64,000 nt of DNA, taken from an uncultured Planctomycetia bacterium. Its GTDB lineage: Bacteria > Omnitrophota > Gorgyraeia > Duberdicusellales > 4484-171. The stretch spans positions 68,799 to 132,798 of the forward strand of contig CAZAYU010000005.1 of the NCBI GenBank assembly GCA_964489445.1, in the 5' to 3' direction. Below the pieces are notes generated by a model, which was given only the letters and a program-made list of their open reading frames with translations, searched no databases and was not told where the DNA came from. Both the position numbers and the translations under genes were made by a program. How positions within the stretch are numbered: position 1 is the first letter of the stretch; each line of letters begins with the position of its first letter. This document shows, piece by piece, positions 1-11,007 of the stretch.

Positions 1-23
1 TGTTTAGTGGTATACTAGACGCT

Positions 24-170
24 ATGACAAAAAAGATTAGTTCATTCAAGAAACAACGTATCTGTAAATTCCCTGGTTGTACAAGAATCTTAAGCATTTA
101 CAATCCGGAAGTATACTGCTATATCCACCAAAAAGTCATCAATTCCAAAAATCAGACTAAGCCTCACTAG
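24..170 (+). CDS. 48-aa putative zinc-binding microprotein (not in ORF track)
   Basis: ATG at 24 gives MTKKISSFKKQRICKFPGCTRILSIYNPEVYCYIHQKVINSKNQTKPH*, with a C-x4-C...C-x2-H pattern. Confidence 0.6.
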   Translation: MTKKISSFKKQRICKFPGCTRILSIYNPEVYCYIHQKVINSKNQTKPH

Positions 171-456
171 CTTCACTAGTCTCACTAGCTTCACTAGTCT
201 CACTAGTCTCACTAGCTTCACTAGCTTCACTAGTCTCACTAGCTTCACTAGTCTCACTAACAACACTTACATTTACAGCATTTAACCCTTTTGGGGTTTT
301 CTGAATTTCAAACTGCACTTTTTCATCACCGACTAAAGTAGAAAAATCAATGTCATTAAGATTGTTTTTGTGAAAAAATACTTCATTGCCGTCGGTATCC
401 GCAATAAAACCAAACCCCTTGTCTACGATTACTTTTTTAACCACTCCTGTATGCAT
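157..456 (-). CDS. Cold-shock domain protein with C-terminal (SE[T/A])11 tail
   Basis: KGFGFI (RNP1) and VFFH (RNP2) motifs; GGAG RBS upstream. Confidence 0.92.
   Translation of the reverse strand: MHTGVVKKVIVDKGFGFIADTDGNEVFFHKNNLNDIDFSTLVGDEKVQFEIQKTPKGLNAVNVSVVSETSEASETSEASEASETSETSEASETSEASEA
160..258. repeat. 9-bp tandem repeat, 11 units (AGTGAGACT/AGTGAAGCT on minus strand)
   Basis: Directly visible; encodes SETSEASETSEASEASETSETSEASETSEASEA. Confidence 0.97.
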
Positions 457-608
457 TGTTCACTCTCCTTTATCTCTGTTACGTTAGATATTTTCGAATC
501 ACTCTTTAATAAAATTATACGACAAGAAAGAAAAAGAGGGAGATGGTAGAATTAATGGTTTGCTCTCATACCACCGTTCGTTGACTGTGATTGTGTCTCT
601 ACTTTAAT

Positions 609-944
609 TTAATATCTGTTATTGCGATAACCTGAGTTGCCGCGTCCTTGTCCTTCACCACCACCACCAAAGTTGTCTCTTCTTGGCTGCATTTTTTTTG
701 CTTTGTTTACGGTTAACTTTCTGCCGCTGAATTCTTGATCGCTTAAAGCGTCAATCGCAGCTTGAGCTTGTTCTTCAGTTTCAAATTCTGCAAAACCAAA
801 ACCTTTGGATTTTCCAGTATATTTGTCAGAAATAATCTTTATTTCTGCTGGGGTTATTCCTTTTTCTTCGATAAACCCTCTTAAATCACCTTCGTTAATG
901 TCATAGCTTAAATTTCCAATATACAATTTTTTTTGTTCTTCCAT
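609..944 (-). CDS. RRM RNA-binding protein with Gly-rich tail
   Basis: KLYIGNL (RNP2), KGFGFAEF (RNP1), GGGG tail. Confidence 0.95.
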   Translation of the reverse strand: MEEQKKLYIGNLSYDINEGDLRGFIEEKGITPAEIKIISDKYTGKSKGFGFAEFETEEQAQAAIDALSDQEFSGRKLTVNKAKKMQPRRDNFGGGGEGQGRGNSGYRNNRY

Positions 945-1310
945 TGTTTTCTCCTAATGAAACACTACCACAGAAATTTAGTCAGCAAATACTGCACCCC
1001 TCTTTAGCCAGAATTTTTTAGCAACATTCCATTTCATAACCTCTGGCCGATTCTTTCTTTTTTCAATGAACTTCTTTATGCAGGTATTATTTTGCCACAA
1101 TTTATCTTTTGGCAGAATAATTTAAACCCACTCCTATAACGAGTTAACTAACATTAGGCATGAAGCTCTAGGCAGGAAACGCTACAGTTAGCAAACTATA
1201 CCACAACTATTCATTATATGCAAGTTATTTTTCCAGAAATAAAAATACTGATTATTCACCACTTGCCCGAAACAGCTATCTACCAGCATGATGCATCGAT
1301 CAGCATAAAT

Positions 1311-2927
1311 CTAAGCGTATAACAACTGGCGTTGGCTTTTAATGCCTTCATCAGCTAAATACTCATCAAAGGTAATACCAATACGATCAATACAGCCATT
1401 AGGAGTAATCTCAACAATCCGATTAGCTACAGTTTGCACAAGCTGATGGTCGTGAGAGGAAAAAAGAATAGCACCTTTATACCTTTCTAGCCCACTATTC
1501 AATGAAGAAATCGACTCTAGATCTAAGTGGTTTGTCGGCTCATCAAGCACTAAAACATTAGGCTGCATAAGCATCATCCGAGAAAGCATGCATCTAACTT
1601 TTTCTCCTCCGGACAAAACGTTAACCGGCTTAAATGCGTCTTCTCCGGTAAACAACATGCGCCCTAAAAATCCACGAACAAAACTCTCTTCGCTTCCTCC
1701 GCAATACTGCCAAAGCCATTCCAAAATACTTACACCTGAATTAAAAAATTCTGCATTATCTTTAGGATAATATGCTCTTTTCGTTGAAATACCCCATTTA
1801 AAACTCCCACCATCAGCTTTACTTCTTCCAGACAGCACGTCAAATAATGCAGTTTTAGCTAAATTATTAGGCCCAACAAAGGCAATTTTATCACCACGCT
1901 CTACTCTGATAGTTATATCTTTAAATAAAGCTCTTCCTTCTAAAGACTTGGTAATATTGTTGATATCCAGCAAATCATTACCAACTTCACTTTCTTGCTC
2001 AAAATTAATATACGGATATTTGCGCGATGATGGTTTTATGTCTTCTAACGTAAGGTTTTCTAATGTTTTTTTACGACTGGTAGCTTGCCTTGATTTAGAG
2101 GCGTTTGCGCTAAAGCGAGATATAAATTCCTTCAGCTCTTTGCGCTTGTCTTCAATCTTCCTGTTAGATTCATTGCGTTGCTTTAAGGCCAGTTGACTTG
2201 ACTGCGACCAAAAACTAAAATTTCCGGTATACAGCCCAATTTTGCCAAAATCAATATCCGCAATATGCGTACACACTTTATCCAAAAAGTGGCGATCATG
2301 AGAAACTACAATTGCTGTATTCTCAAAATCGCTGAGAAACTCTTCCAGCCAAATACTAGTTCTAATATCTAGATGGTTAGTCGGCTCATCCAAAAGCAAA
2401 ATATCAGGATTGCCAAATAAGGCCTGCGCCAGGAGAACACGCACTTTTTGTCCTCCTTCAAGCTGATTCATCTTTAGATTATGAAACTTCTGCGCGATCC
2501 CTAAATCATTCAACAATTTAGATGCATCCGATTCTGCGTTCCAGCCTTCTAATTCACCAAACTCAGCTTCAAGTTCAGAAACATGAATGCCGTCAGCATC
2601 AGAAAAATTATCTTTTGTATACAAAGCATCTTTTTCAACAATAATATCGTAAAGCCGCTTGTGCCCCACAATAACAGCGTCTAAGACTTTAAACTCATCG
2701 AAGACAAATTGATCCTGTTTTAAAACTGACATCCGTTTTCCACTTGGCACTATTACTTCACCCGTAGCCGGTTCAATCTCACCGGAAAGTATTTTTAAAA
2801 AAGTAGATTTACCTGAACCGTTAGCACCAATTAAACCATAGCAATTACCGGAGGAAAAAACTATATTAACCTTCGAAAAAAGCTTGCGTTGTCCATACTG
2901 CAATGAAATATCATTAGCTGAAATCAT
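1311..2927 (-). CDS. ybiT: ABC-F family ATPase (YbiT/YkpA-like)
   Basis: Two ABC domains (GANGSGKS, LDEPTNHLD twice), no TM segments, FSANASKSRQATSRKK linker. Confidence 0.85.
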   Translation of the reverse strand: MISANDISLQYGQRKLFSKVNIVFSSGNCYGLIGANGSGKSTFLKILSGEIEPATGEVIVPSGKRMSVLKQDQFVFDEFKVLDAVIVGHKRLYDIIVEKDALYTKDNFSDADGIHVSELEAEFGELEGWNAESDASKLLNDLGIAQKFHNLKMNQLEGGQKVRVLLAQALFGNPDILLLDEPTNHLDIRTSIWLEEFLSDFENTAIVVSHDRHFLDKVCTHIADIDFGKIGLYTGNFSFWSQSSQLALKQRNESNRKIEDKRKELKEFISRFSANASKSRQATSRKKTLENLTLEDIKPSSRKYPYINFEQESEVGNDLLDINNITKSLEGRALFKDITIRVERGDKIAFVGPNNLAKTALFDVLSGRSKADGGSFKWGISTKRAYYPKDNAEFFNSGVSILEWLWQYCGGSEESFVRGFLGRMLFTGEDAFKPVNVLSGGEKVRCMLSRMMLMQPNVLVLDEPTNHLDLESISSLNSGLERYKGAILFSSHDHQLVQTVANRIVEITPNGCIDRIGITFDEYLADEGIKSQRQLLYA

Positions 2928-3168
2928 ATATCCGCCTTATTTTCCTATTTAAATATTTTTCTTTCATAACAAGCTATTGATTATATTACCTTTTCTTAAT
3001 ATTGCAACTACTAATCATTTTATATTATGGTTTTTCAGTTCTTTTATTTCAAGTAGAAGGAAGACTCAAATAGAGAATTCGGCCAGATAACAGATTAATC
3101 TTTTATCCAACTGCGTGTTTTAAACGGCGAATAAAGTAACAAAAATTAATATTTGCTTTACTAATATT

Positions 3169-3327
3169 TTATTTATCCTTTAACAAAGCAATACCACCAA
3201 TCACCGAAAATATTATCACCACCCAATTGTAAGCAAGCCAAAAAAAATCATTCTGAATAATCATGCCGGCGATTGTATAGACTGCTAAAATCAACAGCAA
3301 AGCTCCGATAACCTTATTTTTTCTCAT
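3169..3327 (-). pseudogene. Small two-helix membrane protein with a frameshift
   Basis: GGAGG RBS, then MRKNKVIGALLLILAVYTI; +1 shift continues AGMIIQNDFFWLAYNWVVIIFSVIGGIALLKDK*. Confidence 0.45.
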
Positions 3328-3376
3328 CTCTGCCTCCTTTCTATGGTAAACATGCTCTATTAAATTCCAAAAAAAA

Positions 3377-4747
3377 TCATTTTATTAGTATATTAAGAAT
3401 AAATATATCATCTTTGAGATTATTGCTGCTGAACGAATTAACTTCACCAAGCAATCGCTGATTAAATAATTCCGGGCTTAATTTATTGTTTTTTTGGAAA
3501 AATTTCTCTAATCTTTCATCACCATAAAATTGGTTGTCAACGTTGGCTGCCTCAACAATGCCATCGGTAAACAGCAATATCTGATCGCCTTTATCAAACG
3601 GCATTTTATCTTGATACACCTTTGAACTTTCAACTGGCAGCCCCAACCAGCCAGTCTGAGAAGTGATTCTTTGGATGTTAGAGCTAGCACGTCTGTAAAT
3701 GTACTGGGGCGGATGTCCATAATTTGAGTAGATAAATTCTCCGGACCGATAATCTAAAAGCCCACAAAAAGCACTTAAGTACATATTAATCTGAGCAAAA
3801 TCACTCCTAATAAAGCTATCCAGATTCTTCAATAGCAAGCCAGGTTCTTTTCCCTCTTTAGCCAGCCTTTCAAACTCTCCGTGTAAAGTATTCACTAAAA
3901 GCGCAGCCGACACGCCATGACCGGTAACATCACAGATTATAAATATAAGCTTATCATCTGTTGAAAAATTAAACCTTCCGTAATCACCGCCCATATAATA
4001 TGCCGGAGCGTAAGTAGCTGCTATTTCTGCCTTGTCAGTATTTATTGAGTGTGGAATAAGCCGGGCATGAACTAAGGTTGCCAGTTCAAGCTCTTTTTCC
4101 ATCTGGGCATTTTTTTTCTCAATTTCTTTGAGAAGAATAAAATTCTCTATTTCACGAATGGTTTCTTTACGCCGGACAATAAAACAGAGTATAAAGCCTA
4201 CCGATAGAAGTAAAATTCCGTCAAAATACCAATATGGCCTAACCGCCACAAATTGAGGTATATAACTATTAGTATAGAATACTAGTGAGCAATAGGCAAT
4301 AAAATGCATTATACCTATAGGAATAACCTCTGAACACTTCCAAGGTATTATTGACGAAACTAGAAATAAAACTATAAGATAAACTGAAGCTGTTGTGTCA
4401 ATATACTGATAATAAATAATGTTGATTTTTGTAAGCACAATTAACAAAAAAGCAATAAAAAGATAGGCATTCAATCTTGCAGCTTTAAAGCTACGCGCTT
4501 TTGAACTTAAGAACGCAATCAAAATGCTGCCAATAATTAAAACAACCCAGGCAATTACCTCAGTGGGTTGAAATTCTTCCGGCAAAATAATAGCACTTAT
4601 AATACTTATTCCGGTATATAAACTAGCGGCCAAAACGCACAGCAAACGTACCCGCTTTTTAATGAGAGCTGTCCGGTTAGCTATAAATTCAAATAAGAAG
4701 TCAGCAGACATTTCATATTTAGCATTTATTGTTTTTTTAAGCTTCAT
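3377..4747 (-). CDS. Membrane-anchored PP2C/SpoIIE (RsbU-like) Ser/Thr phosphatase
   Basis: N-terminal TM helices; GGDY, CDVTGHGVSAAL, FTDGIVEA and DDI motifs. Confidence 0.92.
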   Translation of the reverse strand: MKLKKTINAKYEMSADFLFEFIANRTALIKKRVRLLCVLAASLYTGISIISAIILPEEFQPTEVIAWVVLIIGSILIAFLSSKARSFKAARLNAYLFIAFLLIVLTKINIIYYQYIDTTASVYLIVLFLVSSIIPWKCSEVIPIGIMHFIAYCSLVFYTNSYIPQFVAVRPYWYFDGILLLSVGFILCFIVRRKETIREIENFILLKEIEKKNAQMEKELELATLVHARLIPHSINTDKAEIAATYAPAYYMGGDYGRFNFSTDDKLIFIICDVTGHGVSAALLVNTLHGEFERLAKEGKEPGLLLKNLDSFIRSDFAQINMYLSAFCGLLDYRSGEFIYSNYGHPPQYIYRRASSNIQRITSQTGWLGLPVESSKVYQDKMPFDKGDQILLFTDGIVEAANVDNQFYGDERLEKFFQKNNKLSPELFNQRLLGEVNSFSSNNLKDDIFILNILIK

Positions 4748-4887
4748 TCGACTACCTTATTTATTTTTCTCATTACCCCTAAAAGTCATCCTAATGATTA
4801 TATCACAAAGAAGTCTCTGGAATCACAAAAACTACCTCTTGTAACAATATGCGCTATCGATGTAACTATTATTTTACTTAACAGCTA

Positions 4888-6735
4888 TTACTCTTGGGAA
4901 GAGCTAAATCTGGATTGACGGCTGATGCGTGTTCTGTCTATTTCTTTCACCACCGCTTTTCTGATTCGTATATTAAGAGGAGTAATCTCCACCAATTCAT
5001 CGTCATTAATAAACACAAGCGCAAATTCAAGAGTTATGTTGCGTGGAGGTATTAGATTGATTGCCGTATCACTAGTTACCGAACGCATGTTAGAGAGTTT
5101 TTTCTCTTTCTGCGGATTTACAACTATGTCACCACCTCTACTGCACAAGCCAATAACCATACCCTCATACACCACATCTCCCGGCTTAACAAAAATCTCT
5201 CCCCGCTCCTGTAAATTAGCGAGCGCAAACGCAACCACTTTTCCGTTACTGTTGGAAACCAAAACACCCTTACGCCTTGATGGCATATCACCCTTATACG
5301 GCTGAAGCTCAAGAAAGTTCTGACACATAATACCGCTACCGCGAGTCATCAGTAATAGTTCACTCCTGAACCCGATTAATGCCCTTGAGGTAATGTTAAA
5401 TTCCATCCGGATAGTATTGGAGGCAGTAACTTTTAAATCTTTCATCTGTGCTTTGCGTTCTCCCAGCGCCTGCATAACTACACCCTGATATTCGCTATCT
5501 ACCTCTATCACTACAATCTCCACCGGCTCTAAGACTTGTTCACCCACTTTTTTTAAAATAACTTGCGGCCGAGATACTTCCAACTCATACCCTTTACGGC
5601 GCATCGTCTCAATTAGGATTTCTAAGTGAAGCTCCCCTCTGCCTGAGACTCTGAATTTCTCACCATTGTCAACCTCTTCAACTCTTATGCCTACATTGAC
5701 CATTGCCTCATGCTCAAGGTACTCACGAATATGACGCGATGTTAAGAATACACCACCGTCTTTACCAGCAAGTGGACTCATATTATGGGAAAAATTCATT
5801 GATATTGTTGGCTCATCAATTTTAACAGCAGGCAACGCTTTAGGATTATCAACATTAGCTAGAGTTTCACCAATAGATGCATCCTCAATGCCCGTTATCA
5901 TTATGATATCTCCCGCCATAGCTTCAGACACATCTACCGGAGCTAAGCCCTTATATTTCATTATTTTAGTTACCTTAGCCGTTACAGTTGTGCTATCCCG
6001 TCTGACAAGAACAACTGGATCATCAATGCGTATTACTCCATGAAATATGCGCCCGATTGCAATACGCCCAAAGTAAGAGTTATGATCAATCATTGTCACC
6101 AGCATCTGAAACGGCAACTCTGGATTGGCAACCGGCGGCAATACCCGGTGCAGTATAGTGTCTAGTAAGGGCTTTATATTATCATTAGGCTCATCAAGAT
6201 CAAGAGTGGCATGCCCGTCCCGGCCAGAGGCGTAAACTATCGGAAAATCAAGCTGCTCATCAGATGCATTAAGTTCACAAAAAAGATCAAAAGTCATATC
6301 TGCAACTTCATCAGGTCGCGAATTAGGACGGTCAATTTTATTAATAACAAGTATCGGCTTTAAGTGTAACTCCAGCGACTTCTTCAGGACAAATTTTGTT
6401 TGAGGCATAGGCCCATCTACAGCGTCAACAAGCAAAAGTACACCGTCAACCATTTCCAAGATACGCTCTACCTCACTTCCAAAGTCAGCATGCCCAGGAG
6501 TATCTACAACATTACACTGCACACCTTTATAGTTAAAGGAGGCATTCTTGGAAAAAATCGTAATCCCCCTCTCTTTCTCTAAAGGGTTTGAATCCATAAT
6601 TGTTGTTTCGCCTTCCTCAAACTTATAAGCTCCTGTATATTTGAGCAGGGCATCTACCAATGTTGTTTTTCCATGATCAACATGTGCCACTATGGCAATA
6701 TTGCGGACATCTTTTCTTCTTTTTTGATTCGGCAT
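4888..6735 (-). CDS. typA: Translational GTPase TypA/BipA
   Basis: [56 protein letters not shown]. Confidence 0.97.
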   Translation of the reverse strand: MPNQKRRKDVRNIAIVAHVDHGKTTLVDALLKYTGAYKFEEGETTIMDSNPLEKERGITIFSKNASFNYKGVQCNVVDTPGHADFGSEVERILEMVDGVLLLVDAVDGPMPQTKFVLKKSLELHLKPILVINKIDRPNSRPDEVADMTFDLFCELNASDEQLDFPIVYASGRDGHATLDLDEPNDNIKPLLDTILHRVLPPVANPELPFQMLVTMIDHNSYFGRIAIGRIFHGVIRIDDPVVLVRRDSTTVTAKVTKIMKYKGLAPVDVSEAMAGDIIMITGIEDASIGETLANVDNPKALPAVKIDEPTISMNFSHNMSPLAGKDGGVFLTSRHIREYLEHEAMVNVGIRVEEVDNGEKFRVSGRGELHLEILIETMRRKGYELEVSRPQVILKKVGEQVLEPVEIVVIEVDSEYQGVVMQALGERKAQMKDLKVTASNTIRMEFNITSRALIGFRSELLLMTRGSGIMCQNFLELQPYKGDMPSRRKGVLVSNSNGKVVAFALANLQERGEIFVKPGDVVYEGMVIGLCSRGGDIVVNPQKEKKLSNMRSVTSDTAINLIPPRNITLEFALVFINDDELVEITPLNIRIRKAVVKEIDRTRISRQSRFSSSQE

Positions 6736-6988
6736 TACTTCACCCTTTTTTATTTTTTAATCCTGTTCTTTTAAGATAAGGTAGCTATCTTACCAACAAA
6801 TAGCAAAAAAGCAAAATAAATTTAGATAGCGTAGCTTTTCATTTAGAAAATAACTACAAATTAACACCTATCCTTATCGATACTCTATATTCTTAGAAAG
6901 GTAGCTATGGTGAGCCCTGCTTAGATACCTCCTCTGGGAATGAGTTCTGACTGCGATTCGACAACATTAGAATTGTCAGCTAATAATT

Positions 6989-7735
6989 TTAATCCAGTCG
7001 AAGTGCTGGATCTTTCTGAAAATGCTGATAATCTTTTAACGATTGCCAGTTTCCACCCCAGGTCCACCCTAAACGTAAGAATGTCTTTACCACAAGACAA
7101 TCGGAAGTAAGCGTTCCGGGTCGATTGGGATCATACACAGACCCTTCAGGGAGCACGACATCTCCCTTAATATAGGGATTAATCGCGGGATTTATATCGA
7201 TAGCATACCCATATGCATGCTTAGAGAGTTTGGTGCCTCCGGTAATAACCCGATAGTTAAATGCCGAGGTATTATTAGCCATCATCGACTCATCATCCTC
7301 GTTCCACTTGCCATCTTTATAAAACATCTCATGGGCTATCGGTATTACTGACATAATTGGAAATTTAGTTTCAAAAGCAACATCAAAAACTTCCCGGATA
7401 TCATCTACCAATTGCTTATCAATCACAAGTTGCCCTTTATGTATCTTGCCGTCAAACGAATAATAAAAAAGATCAATCATCCGTTGTTTAGCTTTTATAT
7501 CGCAAGGCGCCTCTTTTCTTAACGCATCAGCCAAACTCATATTGCTGTCAACAACAACATCTTTCCATAATTCTGGTTCAACAGCAGTCACCTCTTCCGT
7601 TGCAAGTTCCATTTGAGAACTAGAATTAGCCGTCGCGCATCTCGTACCCACAATCATGACAATACATGTGTATATTAGCCACCTCACCATACCCACTCTC
7701 TCAAGACCGTTTGACCTTTTATGCCAATGCATCAT
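6989..7735 (-). CDS. M15 family metallopeptidase (peptidoglycan carboxypeptidase-like), exported
   Basis: NNTSAFNYR, SKHAYGYAIDINP, WGGNW..KDYQHF; signal-like N-terminus, start uncertain. Confidence 0.88.
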   Translation of the reverse strand: MMHWHKRSNGLERVGMVRWLIYTCIVMIVGTRCATANSSSQMELATEEVTAVEPELWKDVVVDSNMSLADALRKEAPCDIKAKQRMIDLFYYSFDGKIHKGQLVIDKQLVDDIREVFDVAFETKFPIMSVIPIAHEMFYKDGKWNEDDESMMANNTSAFNYRVITGGTKLSKHAYGYAIDINPAINPYIKGDVVLPEGSVYDPNRPGTLTSDCLVVKTFLRLGWTWGGNWQSLKDYQHFQKDPALRLD

Positions 7736-7853
7736 AGCTACTCCTCAAAACTTAACCTAGCTTATTATATCTTCCACTACACTCAGAGCCAATTTTTGAA
7801 ATAAAAAAGACCTCTTTGATGATTATCTCATAATGAGACCTTTCTGATACTAA

Positions 7854-7995
7854 TACATGGCTCGCCTGTTTTACCCTGCGACCTAGCAGAGCAACTGCTG
7901 AGAGCGCAAGCGAACGGGGCGACAGCTTGCGTAGAGGTGCAGACACATACACCTAGCCAACCCCAGCTGGGCGGTTGATCGCTTACTTCCATGTA
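7854..7995. other. GC-rich multi-hairpin non-coding element beginning at a TGGCTC core
   Basis: TACATGG/CCATGTA closing stem enclosing four hairpins; preceded by a decayed terminator-like hairpin. Confidence 0.45.
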
Positions 7996-8173
7996 CCTCA
8001 TTTGGTAATTTTATTGGTGCAAAATAGTTCGTTGTTATTTTAAAAGAGAAGCCAGGTAAAATTTGCGCCGGGAATTTTACTGACCTTAAAGAATTAGTTA
8101 TTAGCGAAGCTTGCTATTAATGAGCTTAGAACTTCTTGCCTGTTTAGACAAGATAAATAAACTATTCTCTACC

Positions 8174-8410
8174 CTATTCTCGCCAAAAATATAGTGCTAC
8201 ACTAAGAACAATACCCAGAAGATAAATCATTACAACACCTGAAAAAACATATGGATACGCCACCAAAGCAATCCCAATAACCATAGTCCGCCAGAGTGCC
8301 TTTTTTTTACCGTAAATAAAAGCAACAAATCCGATAGAACCAAAAATAATATAAGCAAAAATTTTTGCCGCGCTAAAATCGCCAATCTGTAATAATCCGT
8401 TACCTGCCAA
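8174..8410 (-). CDS. Small integral membrane protein
   Basis: Three hydrophobic segments; GAGGTG RBS before a TTG start. Confidence 0.75.
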   Translation of the reverse strand: MAGNGLLQIGDFSAAKIFAYIIFGSIGFVAFIYGKKKALWRTMVIGIALVAYPYVFSGVVMIYLLGIVLSVALYFWRE

Positions 8411-8854
8411 AATCCACCTCTGTGCTACTTATTATTTTACATCAAAAAAGTTCCCGATAATATATATATATCATATAAGATTAAGAATGCAAAATCCCCG
8501 GCGAGAAACTACTCTTCTAGTATAATTCGACTAAACACTTTTTCACCGATTTGCTTAAAAAAATACAGTCTCGCTCCAAACCTACGGTTCTCTGCCTCAA
8601 CGCAACGTAAATTTGTAAAAAGATACCCGAAAGATGTCTACCTATTAAACATATCTCTGAATTAGAAGCCTGCTTATCACGATAGAATACCAAATTATCA
8701 GTCATATAGCCGATTCAGAGATAAAGTTAATACAGAAGTGTCAATTCTGTCCACAGAGTCTTTCGTAGAAACTTTAGGCTGGATTTTATGTTGGGCTCAT
8801 TATCCTTTTGTAGTGTCATTCAAAACGTTCCTTTGCATATTTATTGGCGCGGGA

Positions 8855-10993
8855 TCATTTAAAACGAAATTTCGTCTTAAACTCTTCATCCAATTCAACC
8901 ATAGCATTAAACGGCTGCTTCTTTTTGGATGTAAACCCCTCGATCAGATCCGACCGCCCTTCTTTTATTATTTTCTTAACCTGATCAGGGTCAAGCTTTT
9001 TGCTGGCGATCGTTGACCATAAAATAAATTGGCAGCCTTCCCTGTAGCGCGAACAATAATAGGACTTTTTTCCCTCGCAAATCTGACCTTGTTTACATTG
9101 CGGGCATATGCCGAAGTTCATCTTACCGCCGACAGCACCCTTCAGGGAATGATTATTTTTGATTTCAGAGATCACTCCCTCAGCAAAAGACTTGATCTCT
9201 CCCATAAAATCGTTTTCGCTAATATTTCCATCCTTAATTTCTGTCAGCTTCTGTTCCCATTGAGCCGTCATTTCAGGACTTTTCAGATCAGGAACGACCA
9301 CGTCTATCAATTGAATACCCTTGTTTGTCGGCATCAAAGCCTTCCCTTTTCTAATGATGTACTTGGACTTAAGCAGCCTTTCGATAATTGTTGCCCGGGT
9401 GGCCTGCGTTCCAAGGCCCTGATCTTTCAACTGAGCCGCTAATGTATCGTCATCAACTTGCTTGCCGACATATCGCATGGCATTCAATAAAGTCCCGTCA
9501 GTAAACGCCTTGGCCGGTGAAGTTTCTTTTTCCTGGACTTCCAACGCGTCAATGAGCAATATTTGCCCCTGGGTGAATTGCGCGTTTAACATATCCATGA
9601 CTTCCGGGCGGACAGGATATCGGTCTAAAGCGCTGATTTTCTTCTTAGCCGCATCCGCAGCTTGCCCTGAACTCTCCGCATTATCGACAACAGCCTTTTG
9701 ATAAATATTTCGCCATCCTATTACAGCAGGACGAGCCCCTTTCAACATGAAAACCTCTTGCTCAATATGCATCGTTATCTCTGTAACATCTTCGACAAAA
9801 TCAGGATAAAAGATCGCGATAAACCGCTTTTGAACCAGCATGTACACATTTTCAAGATTTATGTCTAATCGACCCTGCAGCTTTTTCTTTGTCGGAATAA
9901 TGGCATGATGATCAGTTAGCTTCTTGTCATTGATGTAATTCTTGCCAAGCTTATGCCCCAACTCAAGATGCTTTATGGATTCTGCGGCCAGGTGTTTTAA
10001 ATTATCCGGCGCGCTACGAAGAATGTTAGACAATTCTGGACGGATATTCTCGGATAAATGCCTGGACTCGGTACGGGGATAACTGATCAATTTTTGCTTT
10101 TCGTACAAAGCCTGGGCATATTCCAAAGTTTGCTTGGCCGTGTATCCGAATTTTTCATTACATTCCTTCTGAAGAAGCGTCAGGTCGTACAACGAACGAG
10201 GGCTTGTTTTTCTTTTTGATTGCTTGATCTTAGCTATCTTCCCGTCCTTCCCTTCCAAGCTATTCTTGAGGCCTTCAGCCTTATCCTTTTTCTCTATCTT
10301 ATATCCATCCTTATCTTCCCATCTGAATAAGACATTTTTTGTTTTCGCGTAGAGTTCATAGTAATAACATTTTTCGAAACCATCAATGATCTTCTGGCGA
10401 TTCACGATCAAAGCAAGTGTCGGTGTCTGCACCCGCCCAACTGTACAAAGTTGACCGTTGCTGATCGAATACGCGCGCGTAGCATTCAGGCCAACGATCC
10501 AATCCGCAAAAGCCCTGCATTGTGCCGATTGGCCCAAATGGTCAAAGTCTTGCCCAGCATGCAAAGCGTCTAAACCGGTCTGAATACTTGCATCGGTCAA
10601 GTCTGAAATCCACAAACGCTTAAATGGTTTTTGACACTCTGAATGTTTGTATATCCATCGGAATATCAGCTCTCCTTCTCTTCCTGCATCAGTTGCGTTA
10701 ATGATTTCTTCGCAATTATGGAACAGCTTGGCAATCACCTGAAATTGTTTGTTGCCGCTCGGACTTGTAGCAAGTTGAAATATCGGTGGGATCATCGGCA
10801 GCTGGGAAAAGTTCCATTTCCCTCCCCACTGTTTGCACATGACAGAAGGCTCAACGATCGTCACTAAATGGCCAAAAGCCCACGTGACTTGGTAGCCGTT
10901 CCCTTCCAAATAACCATCTTTCTTTTGATTGGCCATGAGCACACGAGCAATATCACGCCCCACGCTGGGTTTTTCGGCTAAGATTACTTTCAT
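8855..10993 (-). CDS. topB: DNA topoisomerase III (type IA)
   Basis: AEKPSV, ATDAGREGELI, GRVQTPTL, SYPRT catalytic Tyr, GLGTQATR, C-terminal zinc ribbon. Confidence 0.95.
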   Translation of the reverse strand: MKVILAEKPSVGRDIARVLMANQKKDGYLEGNGYQVTWAFGHLVTIVEPSVMCKQWGGKWNFSQLPMIPPIFQLATSPSGNKQFQVIAKLFHNCEEIINATDAGREGELIFRWIYKHSECQKPFKRLWISDLTDASIQTGLDALHAGQDFDHLGQSAQCRAFADWIVGLNATRAYSISNGQLCTVGRVQTPTLALIVNRQKIIDGFEKCYYYELYAKTKNVLFRWEDKDGYKIEKKDKAEGLKNSLEGKDGKIAKIKQSKRKTSPRSLYDLTLLQKECNEKFGYTAKQTLEYAQALYEKQKLISYPRTESRHLSENIRPELSNILRSAPDNLKHLAAESIKHLELGHKLGKNYINDKKLTDHHAIIPTKKKLQGRLDINLENVYMLVQKRFIAIFYPDFVEDVTEITMHIEQEVFMLKGARPAVIGWRNIYQKAVVDNAESSGQAADAAKKKISALDRYPVRPEVMDMLNAQFTQGQILLIDALEVQEKETSPAKAFTDGTLLNAMRYVGKQVDDDTLAAQLKDQGLGTQATRATIIERLLKSKYIIRKGKALMPTNKGIQLIDVVVPDLKSPEMTAQWEQKLTEIKDGNISENDFMGEIKSFAEGVISEIKNNHSLKGAVGGKMNFGICPQCKQGQICEGKKSYYCSRYREGCQFILWSTIASKKLDPDQVKKIIKEGRSDLIEGFTSKKKQPFNAMVELDEEFKTKFRFK

Positions 10994-11007
10994 TCAATAA
11001 GGCGCCA

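Noticed and set aside
160-258. Possible CRISPR array
   Set aside because: 9-bp coding tandem repeat without spacers; the dispersed scars are kilobases apart and no cas genes are present.
7752-7952. 66-aa ORF (also 8517-8705)
   Set aside because: No RBS or motif; 7752-7952 overlaps the structured non-coding element.
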